From an uncultured Thermoanaerobaculia bacterium (GTDB lineage Bacteria; Acidobacteriota; Thermoanaerobaculia; Thermoanaerobaculales; Sulfomarinibacteraceae), in contig CAZSTH010000003.1 in assembly GCA_964609835.1 (NCBI GenBank), positions 10,101-74,100 of the forward strand: a stretch of DNA of 64,000 nt, in the 5' to 3' direction. The notes beneath the pieces are model-generated. The model was not told the DNA's origin. It saw nothing but the letters and a program-made list of their open reading frames with translations, and ran no database searches. Below are positions 27,107 through 34,584 of this stretch, piece by piece. Position 1 is the first letter of the stretch. Every line of letters begins with the position of its first letter. Made by a program: the position numbers and the translations under genes.

Positions 27107-27138
27107 GCGAAGTACATGTACGGTGTTCCTGTACATGT
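27107..27138 (+). promoter_or_regulatory. candidate YefM-YoeB operator (GTAC-core palindromes)
   Basis: GTACATGTAC palindrome at 27112-21 and TGTACA at 27130-35, about 13 bp centre to centre, 20-40 nt upstream of the yefM ATG. GCGAAGTACA is also repeated at 27069 and 27107. Confidence 0.55.
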
Positions 27139-27154
27139 TAGGCGGGAGGCGAAC

Positions 27155-27445
27155 ATGCCGACAGTGACAACCTACACAAACGCACGAGCCACTCTCGCAG
27201 CGCTTTGTGAGAAAGTGTCGTCGACCCGGGAGCCTGTCATCATTCGACGCCGCAATGCGGAAGATGTTGCACTGGTTTCTGCGGACGAGCTCGAGAGTAT
27301 TCTGGAAACCGCCCACCTCATGCGTTCCCCGAAGAATGCGGAACGGCTTCTGGCGGCTCTTACGCGGGCGCAAAGCAGTGAGCTCCCCCCCTCATCGATT
27401 GAGGAACTTCGAAGAGAGCTCGGCCTTGACCAAGAAACGAAGTAA
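27155..27445 (+). CDS. yefM: Phd/YefM-family antitoxin
   Basis: MPTVTTYTNARATLAALCEKVSSTREPVIIRRRNAEDVALVSADELESILETAHLM. GGGAGG RBS. Confidence 0.85.
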   Translation: MPTVTTYTNARATLAALCEKVSSTREPVIIRRRNAEDVALVSADELESILETAHLMRSPKNAERLLAALTRAQSSELPPSSIEELRRELGLDQETK

Positions 27446-27476
27446 GAGACCCAAGGCAACGGCGCGTTGCGATCGG

Positions 27477-27728
27477 GTGGCTGTTTTTCAGCCCGAGTTC
27501 GTCGAGGATATCAAATACTGGGTGCAGGCAAATCGCAAAGTCGCTCCTCGCGCCCTGGACCTTGTGCAAGCCATTTTACGCGATCCTTTTTCGGGCATCG
27601 GAAAACCTGAACCGCTCAAGTACCTGCCCAGTGGTTCATGGTCGCGCCGGCTTACCGAAGAACACCGAATTGTCTATCTTGTGAGTGATGGTCGAATCGA
27701 CTTCCTGCAAGCGCGATATCACTACTGA
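27477..27728 (+). CDS. yoeB: Txe/YoeB-family toxin
   Basis: ...DIKYWVQANRKVAPRALDLVQAILRDPFSGIGKPEPLKYLPSGSWSRRLTEEHRIVYLVSDGRIDFLQARYHY, 83 aa, colinear with E. coli YoeB. GTG start assumed. Confidence 0.8.
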   Translation: MAVFQPEFVEDIKYWVQANRKVAPRALDLVQAILRDPFSGIGKPEPLKYLPSGSWSRRLTEEHRIVYLVSDGRIDFLQARYHY

Positions 27729-27771
27729 TGTGCAGACCTAACTCCGATTGGTAGATTGGTAGATTGGTACG

Positions 27772-27793
27772 ACGTTCACCATTGTTGCATTGT
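27772..27793 (+). repeat. 22-bp exact repeat, copy 1 (ACGTTCACCATTGTTGCATTGT)
   Basis: An identical 22-mer in the same orientation is at 61054-61075. Here it is preceded by the tandem GGTAGATT GGTAGATT GGTACGAC. Confidence 0.9.
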
Positions 27794-27825
27794 AACCAGT
27801 GGTTGGTAGAACCGTAAAGGTCCCA

Positions 27826-27906
27826 GGTGCGGGGGTTATGATGGTGGTGGTGTCCGGCGCCGTCACCTCGACCCTGCTCACGCTGATGGTCCTGCCGGTG
27901 CTCTAC
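27826..27906 (+). pseudogene. C-terminal fragment of an RND (CzcA/CusA-type) efflux pump
   Basis: GAGVMMVVVSGAVTSTLLTLMVLPVLY resembles the last TM helix of HME-RND pumps. No upstream body. Abutted by a MITE. Confidence 0.5.
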
Positions 27907-28082
27907 CCCGCCCTTCTCACCAACTTTCGACTGCGGCCGACGATGCACCGCACCCGGCGGTGTTTTCTCGCCTCGGGGTGCTCCACGTACTGTCGAGTAC
28001 GCGTCCGCGCCCCTCGGGTCGCAAACCCCACCGGGCACGGCGCCTCGCCGCCCTCGTGACGAAACCTGGTGAGAAGTGCGGG
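27907..28082. mobile_element. MITE-like element, copy 1 (176 bp, 15-bp terminal inverted repeats, CTAC flanks)
   Basis: Ends CCCGCCCTTCTCACC ... GGTGAGAAGTGCGGG (14/15 complementary). CTAC at 27903-06 and 28083-86. About 70% identical, and gapless over the first 135 bp or so, to the element at 62943-63117. Confidence 0.75.
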
Positions 28083-28205
28083 CTACGAACGCTTTGGAGG
28101 CGGCACAGAGACTCCCGCGAGGGTGGGCGGGATCGGCGGTTCGCCGTGATGTGGGTACTGTGAGTCGGAACCTGGTGACGGCGAAAGCCGCTCCCAAGTC
28201 TATGC

Positions 28206-28934
28206 TCAGTAGAGGTATGGCCTTCGCGGTGGCCGGATTCGCATGATCCGATCGATCCGAAGGCGGATCGTGGCCCGCCTGTCGTGATCCTCGAAAGCAA
28301 CGGTGCCGTCGGCCCGGACCCAGGTGTCGTCCGGCCATTCCTCGGGTACGTCCCCGGTGACAGCCACGGCGACGGGTACGGCGTCTGCAACGCAGCACGT
28401 CATGACGAAGCGGTACAGCAGGGTGGCATCGGGCCCGAAGTCCCCCGTCAACTCCGGTGCGTGCGTGATCATGCCGTCGACCCTGACTCGGTGGCCGTCG
28501 TAGTGTCTGGCTTTCCTCCAGAGGTCGGCGAGCGTGGCGGCGCGCAGACCGTCCGACGCCGCCGCAGCCGCCTGGTCGACGAGCGGCGGGCCGTCCGAGG
28601 CTCCACTCTGTTCAAATCCAGTCCACCGCTTTTCGAAAGCACGGCTGTCGAGCACGACATCGCTGGCAATCGGGAGGTACACCAGGGGAGCTGCGAGCAC
28701 GAGCCACCGCATCGCCTCCGGAAACGAGGGTCGTTCGGGGTCGCTCGATCGACCCATCTCCGCGAGGGCGAAGCCGACAAGCGTCAGGACGCCCAAACCC
28801 AGAAGCCATGCAAAATCCGGTCGCAAGAACGTCTCATGACCCCGATCGCCAAGTAAACGGCCCAATGCATAGAACCAGGCTCCGTACAGAAGCACGCGCC
28901 AGTAACGTCGTGGAACGGAGAACAGGCCCTTCAC
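28206..28934 (-). CDS. TIGR03943/DUF1980-family protein (second subunit of a two-component permease)
   Basis: Two N-terminal TMs. C-terminal domain with the VMTCCVADA motif. The GTG start overlaps the permease stop (GTGA). Confidence 0.75.
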   Translation of the reverse strand: MKGLFSVPRRYWRVLLYGAWFYALGRLLGDRGHETFLRPDFAWLLGLGVLTLVGFALAEMGRSSDPERPSFPEAMRWLVLAAPLVYLPIASDVVLDSRAFEKRWTGFEQSGASDGPPLVDQAAAAASDGLRAATLADLWRKARHYDGHRVRVDGMITHAPELTGDFGPDATLLYRFVMTCCVADAVPVAVAVTGDVPEEWPDDTWVRADGTVAFEDHDRRATIRLRIDRIMRIRPPRRPYLY

Positions 28935-30037
28935 GGCGCCAGAACCCCCGAGACTTCGAGGACGACACTCACGAACAACACCGCCAACAGAATCGCGGTC
29001 GCCAGGACGGCGATCGCACGCCGGGTGAACAGTGTCCGGTACATCAGCAGAAGCTTCAGGTCGAACATCGGGCCGGTCAGCATGAACGCGATCTGGGCGG
29101 GCAGGGGAAGGAGGCCCCGGAAGGAGGCCGCGATGAAGGCGTCCGCCTCGGAGCAGAGATTCAACAGAATCGCCAGAGCCATCATGGTGAGCGAGGGAAG
29201 CACCGGCAACGCGGCGAACTCGAGGACGGATCGGCGTTCAAGCACCGTCTGCGCAAACCCGGCGATCGCGGCGCCGATCACCAGATAATGAGCAACCGTC
29301 AGGAAGTCGTCCGACGCGTGGCGGAGGGCCTGCAGCATGCGCCTGGCAAGGGGAGTGCCGTGCGCAGGCTCCCCATGGTCATGCGAGCAGCCATGGGATG
29401 ACTGCCCCGATGCGTGCTCGTCCTTGATGAACGCGCTGCGATCGGAGAACACCCGCCCCATCAGCAGTCCCACAGCCACTGCAATGACGTAACCGCAGCC
29501 GAGTCGCGCGGCGACGACGCGCCAGTCGAACGCATACGCCAGGGCGGTCGACGTCCCCACGATCGGGTTGACGATCGGGCCGGCGAGCAAGTAGGCGATG
29601 GCCCCTGACAGCGGCAACCCCTTCCGTGTCAGCCGACGGACCACCGGAACGACGGCGCACTCACACAGCGGGAAGACCAGCCCCAGGGCTGCCGACATGC
29701 AGGTCACGGCCCAGGGACGCCGCGGCAGGCGAGCCATCAGACGCTCTCGGCTGACGAATACCTCGATGAGTCCGCCGACGCCCGAACCGATGAGCATGAA
29801 GGGCAGTGCCTCCAGGACGATGCTCAGAAAGACCAGGGCGAAGGTCTGCACACCGGCGTCCCGGCCACCTACCAGGGGGAGGCACAGAAAGGCAAGGGCC
29901 GCTGACGCGACGAGCGCGTTCCTCCAGAGGGACGGTTGAGGCGGTGGCCGAAGATCCGCCCTGTCGCAGCATGCCGGGCGGTGGTCACGATGCGAGGATG
30001 GATCAACAGGCTGAGTTGCCGGTCGGGAAGAGGTCAT
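28931..30037 (-). CDS. DUF318-type permease (putative metal permease, partner of DUF1980)
   Basis: Polytopic. Motifs FPLCECAVVP and LAGPIVNP. The ATG at 30037 overlaps the znuB stop (ATGA). Confidence 0.75.
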   Translation of the reverse strand: MTSSRPATQPVDPSSHRDHRPACCDRADLRPPPQPSLWRNALVASAALAFLCLPLVGGRDAGVQTFALVFLSIVLEALPFMLIGSGVGGLIEVFVSRERLMARLPRRPWAVTCMSAALGLVFPLCECAVVPVVRRLTRKGLPLSGAIAYLLAGPIVNPIVGTSTALAYAFDWRVVAARLGCGYVIAVAVGLLMGRVFSDRSAFIKDEHASGQSSHGCSHDHGEPAHGTPLARRMLQALRHASDDFLTVAHYLVIGAAIAGFAQTVLERRSVLEFAALPVLPSLTMMALAILLNLCSEADAFIAASFRGLLPLPAQIAFMLTGPMFDLKLLLMYRTLFTRRAIAVLATAILLAVLFVSVVLEVSGVLAP

Positions 30038-30882
30038 CCCTCGACCCGACGCCATATTCGTTTGCCGACCAGCGCCACGAGGTAGGTTGCGCCGGCGACC
30101 TGGATCACCGTCGCCCCGGTGGGAAGCTCCGGACCGTAGCTCAGAACGATGCCGCCGAGCGTGAACAGGAAGCACAGCGCGGACGCTCCGAGCATCGCGC
30201 TCCACAGGCGCCGCGCGAACTGCAGGGCCGTCGCGGCCGGCAGCGTCAGCAGGGCGATCACCATCACCAGGCCCACCACCTGGGTCAGGAGGACCACCGT
30301 CAGCGAGATCAACACGAGCAGCAGCGTGTGATAGAAGCCGACGGGAATGCCGCGCAAGCGGGCCAGCTCGGGCTGAAAGCTGATGACGAGGAACTTGTCA
30401 TAAAAGAGCAGCATCAGCGCGACGATGACTGCGTCCAGCACGACCATGTGGCCGAGGTCGGAGGAGCCGACCATCAGGATGTTGCCGAACAGGTAGCTCA
30501 TCAAGTCTTCGGAGTACCCCGGTGTCGCCGTGATGAAGCTGATGCCAATCGCCATCCCGAGCGCCCAAATGGCGGACAGCACAGTGTCCTCGCGTTGCCG
30601 TCCCGATTCGGTGACGACCGCGATGATCAGCGCCGCGACCACCGCCGCGACGGTTGCACCGAGGAGGGGGGTCGACCACTCGATGCCGTGGACGCGCTGC
30701 AGGTAACGCGCCGCCCCCATGCCCCCGAGAACGCAGTGCGCGATGGCGCCGGCCACGTACGTTGTGCGTCGTACCACGACGAAGCTCCCGACGACGCCGC
30801 ACGCCACCGACGCCAGCAGGCCGGCCAGGACTGCGTACTGGAGGAACGCGTGCTTCAGGAGGTGCTCCCAGAACAGGCTCAC
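30034..30882 (-). CDS. znuB: zinc/manganese ABC transporter permease
   Basis: ABC-3 family pattern (FLQYAVLAGLL...GAIAHCVLGG...). GTG start 2 nt after the znuC stop. Confidence 0.85.
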   Translation of the reverse strand: MSLFWEHLLKHAFLQYAVLAGLLASVACGVVGSFVVVRRTTYVAGAIAHCVLGGMGAARYLQRVHGIEWSTPLLGATVAAVVAALIIAVVTESGRQREDTVLSAIWALGMAIGISFITATPGYSEDLMSYLFGNILMVGSSDLGHMVVLDAVIVALMLLFYDKFLVISFQPELARLRGIPVGFYHTLLLVLISLTVVLLTQVVGLVMVIALLTLPAATALQFARRLWSAMLGASALCFLFTLGGIVLSYGPELPTGATVIQVAGATYLVALVGKRIWRRVEG

Positions 30883-30884
30883 GG

Positions 30885-31685
30885 CTAGGCCTCCTCGCCG
30901 TGGTGCAGCTCGTCCATGGCGTCGGCAGGGTCGAGAACGTGACAGCTCGGATCGTGCTGGAGCACCGTCATATCTCCGCGGTGAAAGGCATGCAGCTCGC
31001 CCGCGGTGAGGTTGTCGACGCGGGTAAGCGACGCCGTGCGGTTCACGCACGCGACGTGCGAGGCATGGCGGGTCACCACGTTCAGGTTGTGCGAGACGAC
31101 AACGATCGTCATACGTTCATTGAGTTCGTGCAGTAGCTCGTAGATCTCGTGCTCGACGGCCGTGTCCACGTTGGCGGTGGGCTCGTCGAGCAGCAGGAGA
31201 TCGGGATCCGACGCCAACGCCTGCGCGATCAGCGCACGCTGGCGCTCGCCGCCGGACAGCTGTGCGAGGGAACGTCGGCTCAGGTGCCCGAGGCGCACAC
31301 GCTCCAGCGCCCGGGTGGCTTTTTCGCGGTCAATCCGGCGGAACGGGCCCAGCCAGTGTCGATCCACCCGCCCCATGAGCACGACGTCTAATGCGCTCAC
31401 CGGAAACTGCGCATCGAAGGCGAGGTGCTGGGCAACGTAGCCGATCCCTCTTCGTCGACGCTCCGGCGCGTTGCCGAAGACCCGGACCGTCCCTCGCTGA
31501 GGTTTCATCAGACCCAGCGCCAACCTGACCAGTGTCGTCTTGCCGCCTCCATTGGGGCCAACCACCGCCACGAGGCTGTTCTCCGGCACCGACAGCTCGA
31601 CGTTGTGCAAGACCTCCTCGCGGTCATAGGCAAAACAGACACCACTGAACTGGAGTGCGGCTCGAGTGCTCACGTTCTGGCTCAC
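30885..31685 (-). CDS. znuC: zinc ABC transporter ATP-binding protein
   Basis: Walker A GPNGGGKTT. LSGGERQR. LLLLDEPT. Confidence 0.85.
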   Translation of the reverse strand: MSQNVSTRAALQFSGVCFAYDREEVLHNVELSVPENSLVAVVGPNGGGKTTLVRLALGLMKPQRGTVRVFGNAPERRRRGIGYVAQHLAFDAQFPVSALDVVLMGRVDRHWLGPFRRIDREKATRALERVRLGHLSRRSLAQLSGGERQRALIAQALASDPDLLLLDEPTANVDTAVEHEIYELLHELNERMTIVVVSHNLNVVTRHASHVACVNRTASLTRVDNLTAGELHAFHRGDMTVLQHDPSCHVLDPADAMDELHHGEEA

Positions 31686-31704
31686 AGCGTCTCCGAACCT
31701 CTCA

Positions 31705-32694
31705 TCACTCTTGTTTTTGGAGCGCCTCGTGAATCGCCGCCGCGACTCCTTCCAGATTGGCTACGTAGTCTCGCGCGAGGGGATCGATGGGCACCACGGC
31801 GCCGTCGATGGCCTCGGCAACCCGCTCGGCCGAGCTCGTGCTGAACTGGGGTTGGACGAAGATCATGCGCACGCCTTCGCTCTTCGCCATTTCGATCACC
31901 CGGGCAAGCTGCTGCCCGCTCGGGTCCTTCCCCTCGATCTCGATGGGTGTCTGCTCGAGCCCATAGGCATCGGCGAAGTAGCCCCAGGCCGGGTGGAACA
32001 CCATGAAGGTTTTCCCCTTGACCGGCGCCAGCGCCTCGACGAGGTGGGCGTCGAGCGCGTCCAGATCCTCGACAAAGGCAGCAAGGTTCTTCTCATAGGT
32101 CGCCCTGCCCGCCGGGTCGACGTCGATCAGCGCATCCGCGATGGTCCGGGCCTGGACCTTCACGAGCCGGGGGCTGAGCCAGATGTGCGGATCAGTGCCG
32201 CCGTGGTGGTGGTGATGCTCTTCTTCGGCGTGGTGGTTGTGTGCTTCGGAATGCTCGGCATCATGGGCGTTGTGCTCATGAGCGTGACCGTGTTCATGGT
32301 GCTCTTCCTGGTATCCGCCGTTGCCGTTATGATGGGCCTTCATCTCGCGAAGCGTGATCCCCTTGCGCGTGTCGACGATCCGAGGTCCCTTCGCCATCCC
32401 TTCGATCTTCGGGACGAAGGCGTTTTCGAACGGCACGCCGATGCGGAAGAAGATCGTCGCCTCGGACAGGGCCGCCATCTGGCGCGGCGTGGGCTCGTAG
32501 GTCGCGGGACTGCTGCCCGGCGTCACCAGTGCCTGCGCCCGGACCCGATCGCCGCCGACCCGCTCGACGAAGTGCTCCTGGGGCAGGATGCTGGTGAAGA
32601 CGGTGATCCTGATCTCATCTGCTGCGAAGCCAACGGTCGGGAGCGTGCAGAGAATCCCCAGGATCAGACACTCGGCCCTTCTGCTGCAGTTCAT
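31705..32694 (-). CDS. znuA: zinc ABC transporter substrate-binding lipoprotein with His-rich loop
   Basis: Cluster-9 SBP pattern (PHIWLSP). Long His/Glu/Asp loop (HHNGNGGYQEEHHEHGHAHEHNAHDAEHSEAHNHHAEEEHHHHH). The ATG overlaps the zur stop. Confidence 0.9.
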   Translation of the reverse strand: MNCSRRAECLILGILCTLPTVGFAADEIRITVFTSILPQEHFVERVGGDRVRAQALVTPGSSPATYEPTPRQMAALSEATIFFRIGVPFENAFVPKIEGMAKGPRIVDTRKGITLREMKAHHNGNGGYQEEHHEHGHAHEHNAHDAEHSEAHNHHAEEEHHHHHGGTDPHIWLSPRLVKVQARTIADALIDVDPAGRATYEKNLAAFVEDLDALDAHLVEALAPVKGKTFMVFHPAWGYFADAYGLEQTPIEIEGKDPSGQQLARVIEMAKSEGVRMIFVQPQFSTSSAERVAEAIDGAVVPIDPLARDYVANLEGVAAAIHEALQKQE

Positions 32695-33167
32695 GTCGCA
32701 TTTCCTCTCTTGAGTTCCGTTTTGGTCGGGGGCTCATCACCGTGTTCCAGACAGTCCGGGCAGTGGCCTCGGATCTCCACCGACGCCTTCTCGACTGACT
32801 GGGCCCACGGCCCGTCCACCGACATCGAAGCGGTCAGCTCGACCGGCAGACAGGCAACCCGACCGCAGTCTTCGCACACGAAGTGCGGATGGCGGTGCAC
32901 GGCGCCCCCGGGCGGCGCCAGGGCGTATCGATCGATGCCCTCGGCGCGGGAGACGACGGGTGCAATGCCGGCTTCGCGCAGCTTTACGAGGTTGCGGAAG
33001 ACCGTTGCCGGATCCCAATCCGTGTCCCCGAGTCGGGCGAGCACGTCGCCGCAGGAGAGCGGGCCGTCCGATTCGGCCAGTACGCGAAGCACCGCAAGTC
33101 GCGGCGCCGTCGCTCGTAGGCCACGCTCGTGCAGGATTGCTCGCGCTTTGTCCCTGGTGATGTCCAT
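32691..33167 (-). CDS. zur: Fur-family zinc uptake regulator
   Basis: Winged-helix N-terminus (RATAPRLAVLRVL). HRHPHFVCEDCG and CPDC Zn-site motifs. First gene of the znu operon. Confidence 0.85.
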   Translation of the reverse strand: MDITRDKARAILHERGLRATAPRLAVLRVLAESDGPLSCGDVLARLGDTDWDPATVFRNLVKLREAGIAPVVSRAEGIDRYALAPPGGAVHRHPHFVCEDCGRVACLPVELTASMSVDGPWAQSVEKASVEIRGHCPDCLEHGDEPPTKTELKRGNAT

Positions 33168-33203
33168 ACCGCCTCCCCGAACGATGGACCGGCGACCAGC
33201 GTC

Positions 33204-33232
33204 ATTGTAGGGGAAATGACTTGCATCTGCAA
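33204..33232 (-). promoter_or_regulatory. sigma70-type promoter of the zur-znu operon (TTGCAG-17-TACAAT)
   Basis: On the minus strand: TTGCAG (33232-27), a 17-nt spacer, then TACAAT (33209-04), about 35 nt upstream of the zur ATG and its GGGGAGG RBS. Confidence 0.6.
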
Positions 33233-33276
33233 ATCGTTTGCGTTACGATCTCGGCTCAATTGCCCAGATGCAAGTC
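33218..33276. promoter_or_regulatory. 12-bp perfect inverted repeat in the divergent zur / COG0523 control region (candidate Zur operators)
   Basis: GACTTGCATCTG (33218-29) and CAGATGCAAGTC (33265-76). The left arm lies in the spacer/-35 of the zur promoter. Confidence 0.5.
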
Positions 33277-33318
33277 GTATGCATCAAGGCGATACATCGG
33301 CAAGAAAAGGGAGACACC

Positions 33319-34554
33319 ATGACCGTGGCACATTCTCAACCCGATAGGCGGCTTCCCGTCACCGTGCTGTCAGGCTTTCTAGGAGCTGGGAAGACCACCC
33401 TCCTCAACCAGATACTCAACAACCGGGAGGGCCGGCGGGTGGCGGTGATCGTCAACGACATGAGCGAGGTCAACATCGACGCGACGCTCGTTGAACGCGG
33501 CGGGGCCGAGCTCTCGCGGACCGAGGAGAAGCTGGTCGAGATGACCAACGGCTGCATTTGCTGCACCCTCCGCGATGACCTTCTCGCTGAGGTCTCCCGG
33601 CTCGCCAAGGAGGGTCGCTTCGACTATCTGCTCATCGAATCCACGGGGATTTCGGAGCCCATTCCCGTCGCTCAGACCTTCACGTTCGAGGACGAAGAGG
33701 GCGTCTGCCTGAGCCAGGTGTCGCGTCTCGACACGATGGTCACGGTCGTGGATGCCGCGAGCTTCCTCTCCGACTACAACGCCGCCGAAGCACTCCAGCA
33801 ACGCGGCGAGTCGCTGGGCGAGGACGACGAGCGGACCGTGACCGATCTGCTCGTCGACCAGATCGAGTTCGCCGACGTCATCGTGCTCAACAAGCTCGAT
33901 CTGGTGAGCGACGAACAGGCCCGCGAAGTGGCGGCCGTCGTCACAGCGCTCAATCCCGGCGCCATGGTGCATATGGCGACGCGCGGACGAGTGCCCCTCG
34001 AGTGCGTGATGGACACGGGCCGGTTCGACTACGAGAAGGCCGCGAGTTCTGCCGGTTGGATTCGAGAGCTTCAGGGCGAGCATACCCCGGAGACCGAGGA
34101 GTACGGAATTTCGAGCTTCACGTATCGAACCTCGCAGCCGTTCGACGCCGAGAAGCTGTGGGCGTTCCTCAACGACGACGACAACTGGCAGGACGTGCTC
34201 CGCTCGAAAGGGTTCTTCTGGGTTGCGGCGGATCATCGGGTGGCGTACGAGTGGTCCCAGGCTGGCGCCGTCAGCGACGTCCGATCGGCCGGGATGTGGT
34301 GGGCCGCCGTACCTTGCGAGCACTGGGGTCACCCCGAGGGCCAGCGACCCGACCAGCAACCGGGCTGGCATCCGCGCTTCGGCGATCGCAAGCAGCAGAT
34401 CGTCTTCATCGGTCGGCACATGGACGAGGCCGGCATCCGTGCTCGGCTCGACGAGTGCCTGCTGCATGAGCACCTCGCCGCCGCCGACAGCTCGTCGTGG
34501 TCGGGGCTTGAAAACCCCTTCCCAGAATTGCAATCGGACGAGGACGCGGCGTAG
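33319..34554 (+). CDS. COG0523-family GTPase metallochaperone (CobW/ZigA/YeiR-like)
   Basis: Walker [10 protein letters not shown]. Metal motif [18 protein letters not shown]-terminal CobW_C-type domain. AAAGGGAG RBS. Confidence 0.85.
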   Translation: MTVAHSQPDRRLPVTVLSGFLGAGKTTLLNQILNNREGRRVAVIVNDMSEVNIDATLVERGGAELSRTEEKLVEMTNGCICCTLRDDLLAEVSRLAKEGRFDYLLIESTGISEPIPVAQTFTFEDEEGVCLSQVSRLDTMVTVVDAASFLSDYNAAEALQQRGESLGEDDERTVTDLLVDQIEFADVIVLNKLDLVSDEQAREVAAVVTALNPGAMVHMATRGRVPLECVMDTGRFDYEKAASSAGWIRELQGEHTPETEEYGISSFTYRTSQPFDAEKLWAFLNDDDNWQDVLRSKGFFWVAADHRVAYEWSQAGAVSDVRSAGMWWAAVPCEHWGHPEGQRPDQQPGWHPRFGDRKQQIVFIGRHMDEAGIRARLDECLLHEHLAAADSSSWSGLENPFPELQSDEDAA

Positions 34555-34584
34555 CAGGAGCTGCGCCCTCTCGGCGGCGAGGAA

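Noticed and set aside
28284-28856. Plus-strand ORFs over the DUF1980/permease region, and the long upstream extensions of znuB, the permease, crtY, crtB, padR-operon genes and cls in the ORF track.
   Set aside because: The extensions are Arg/Pro-rich and overlap upstream genes. Internal ATG/GTG starts that coincide with stop-start overlaps or good RBS sequences give proteins of the normal family length.
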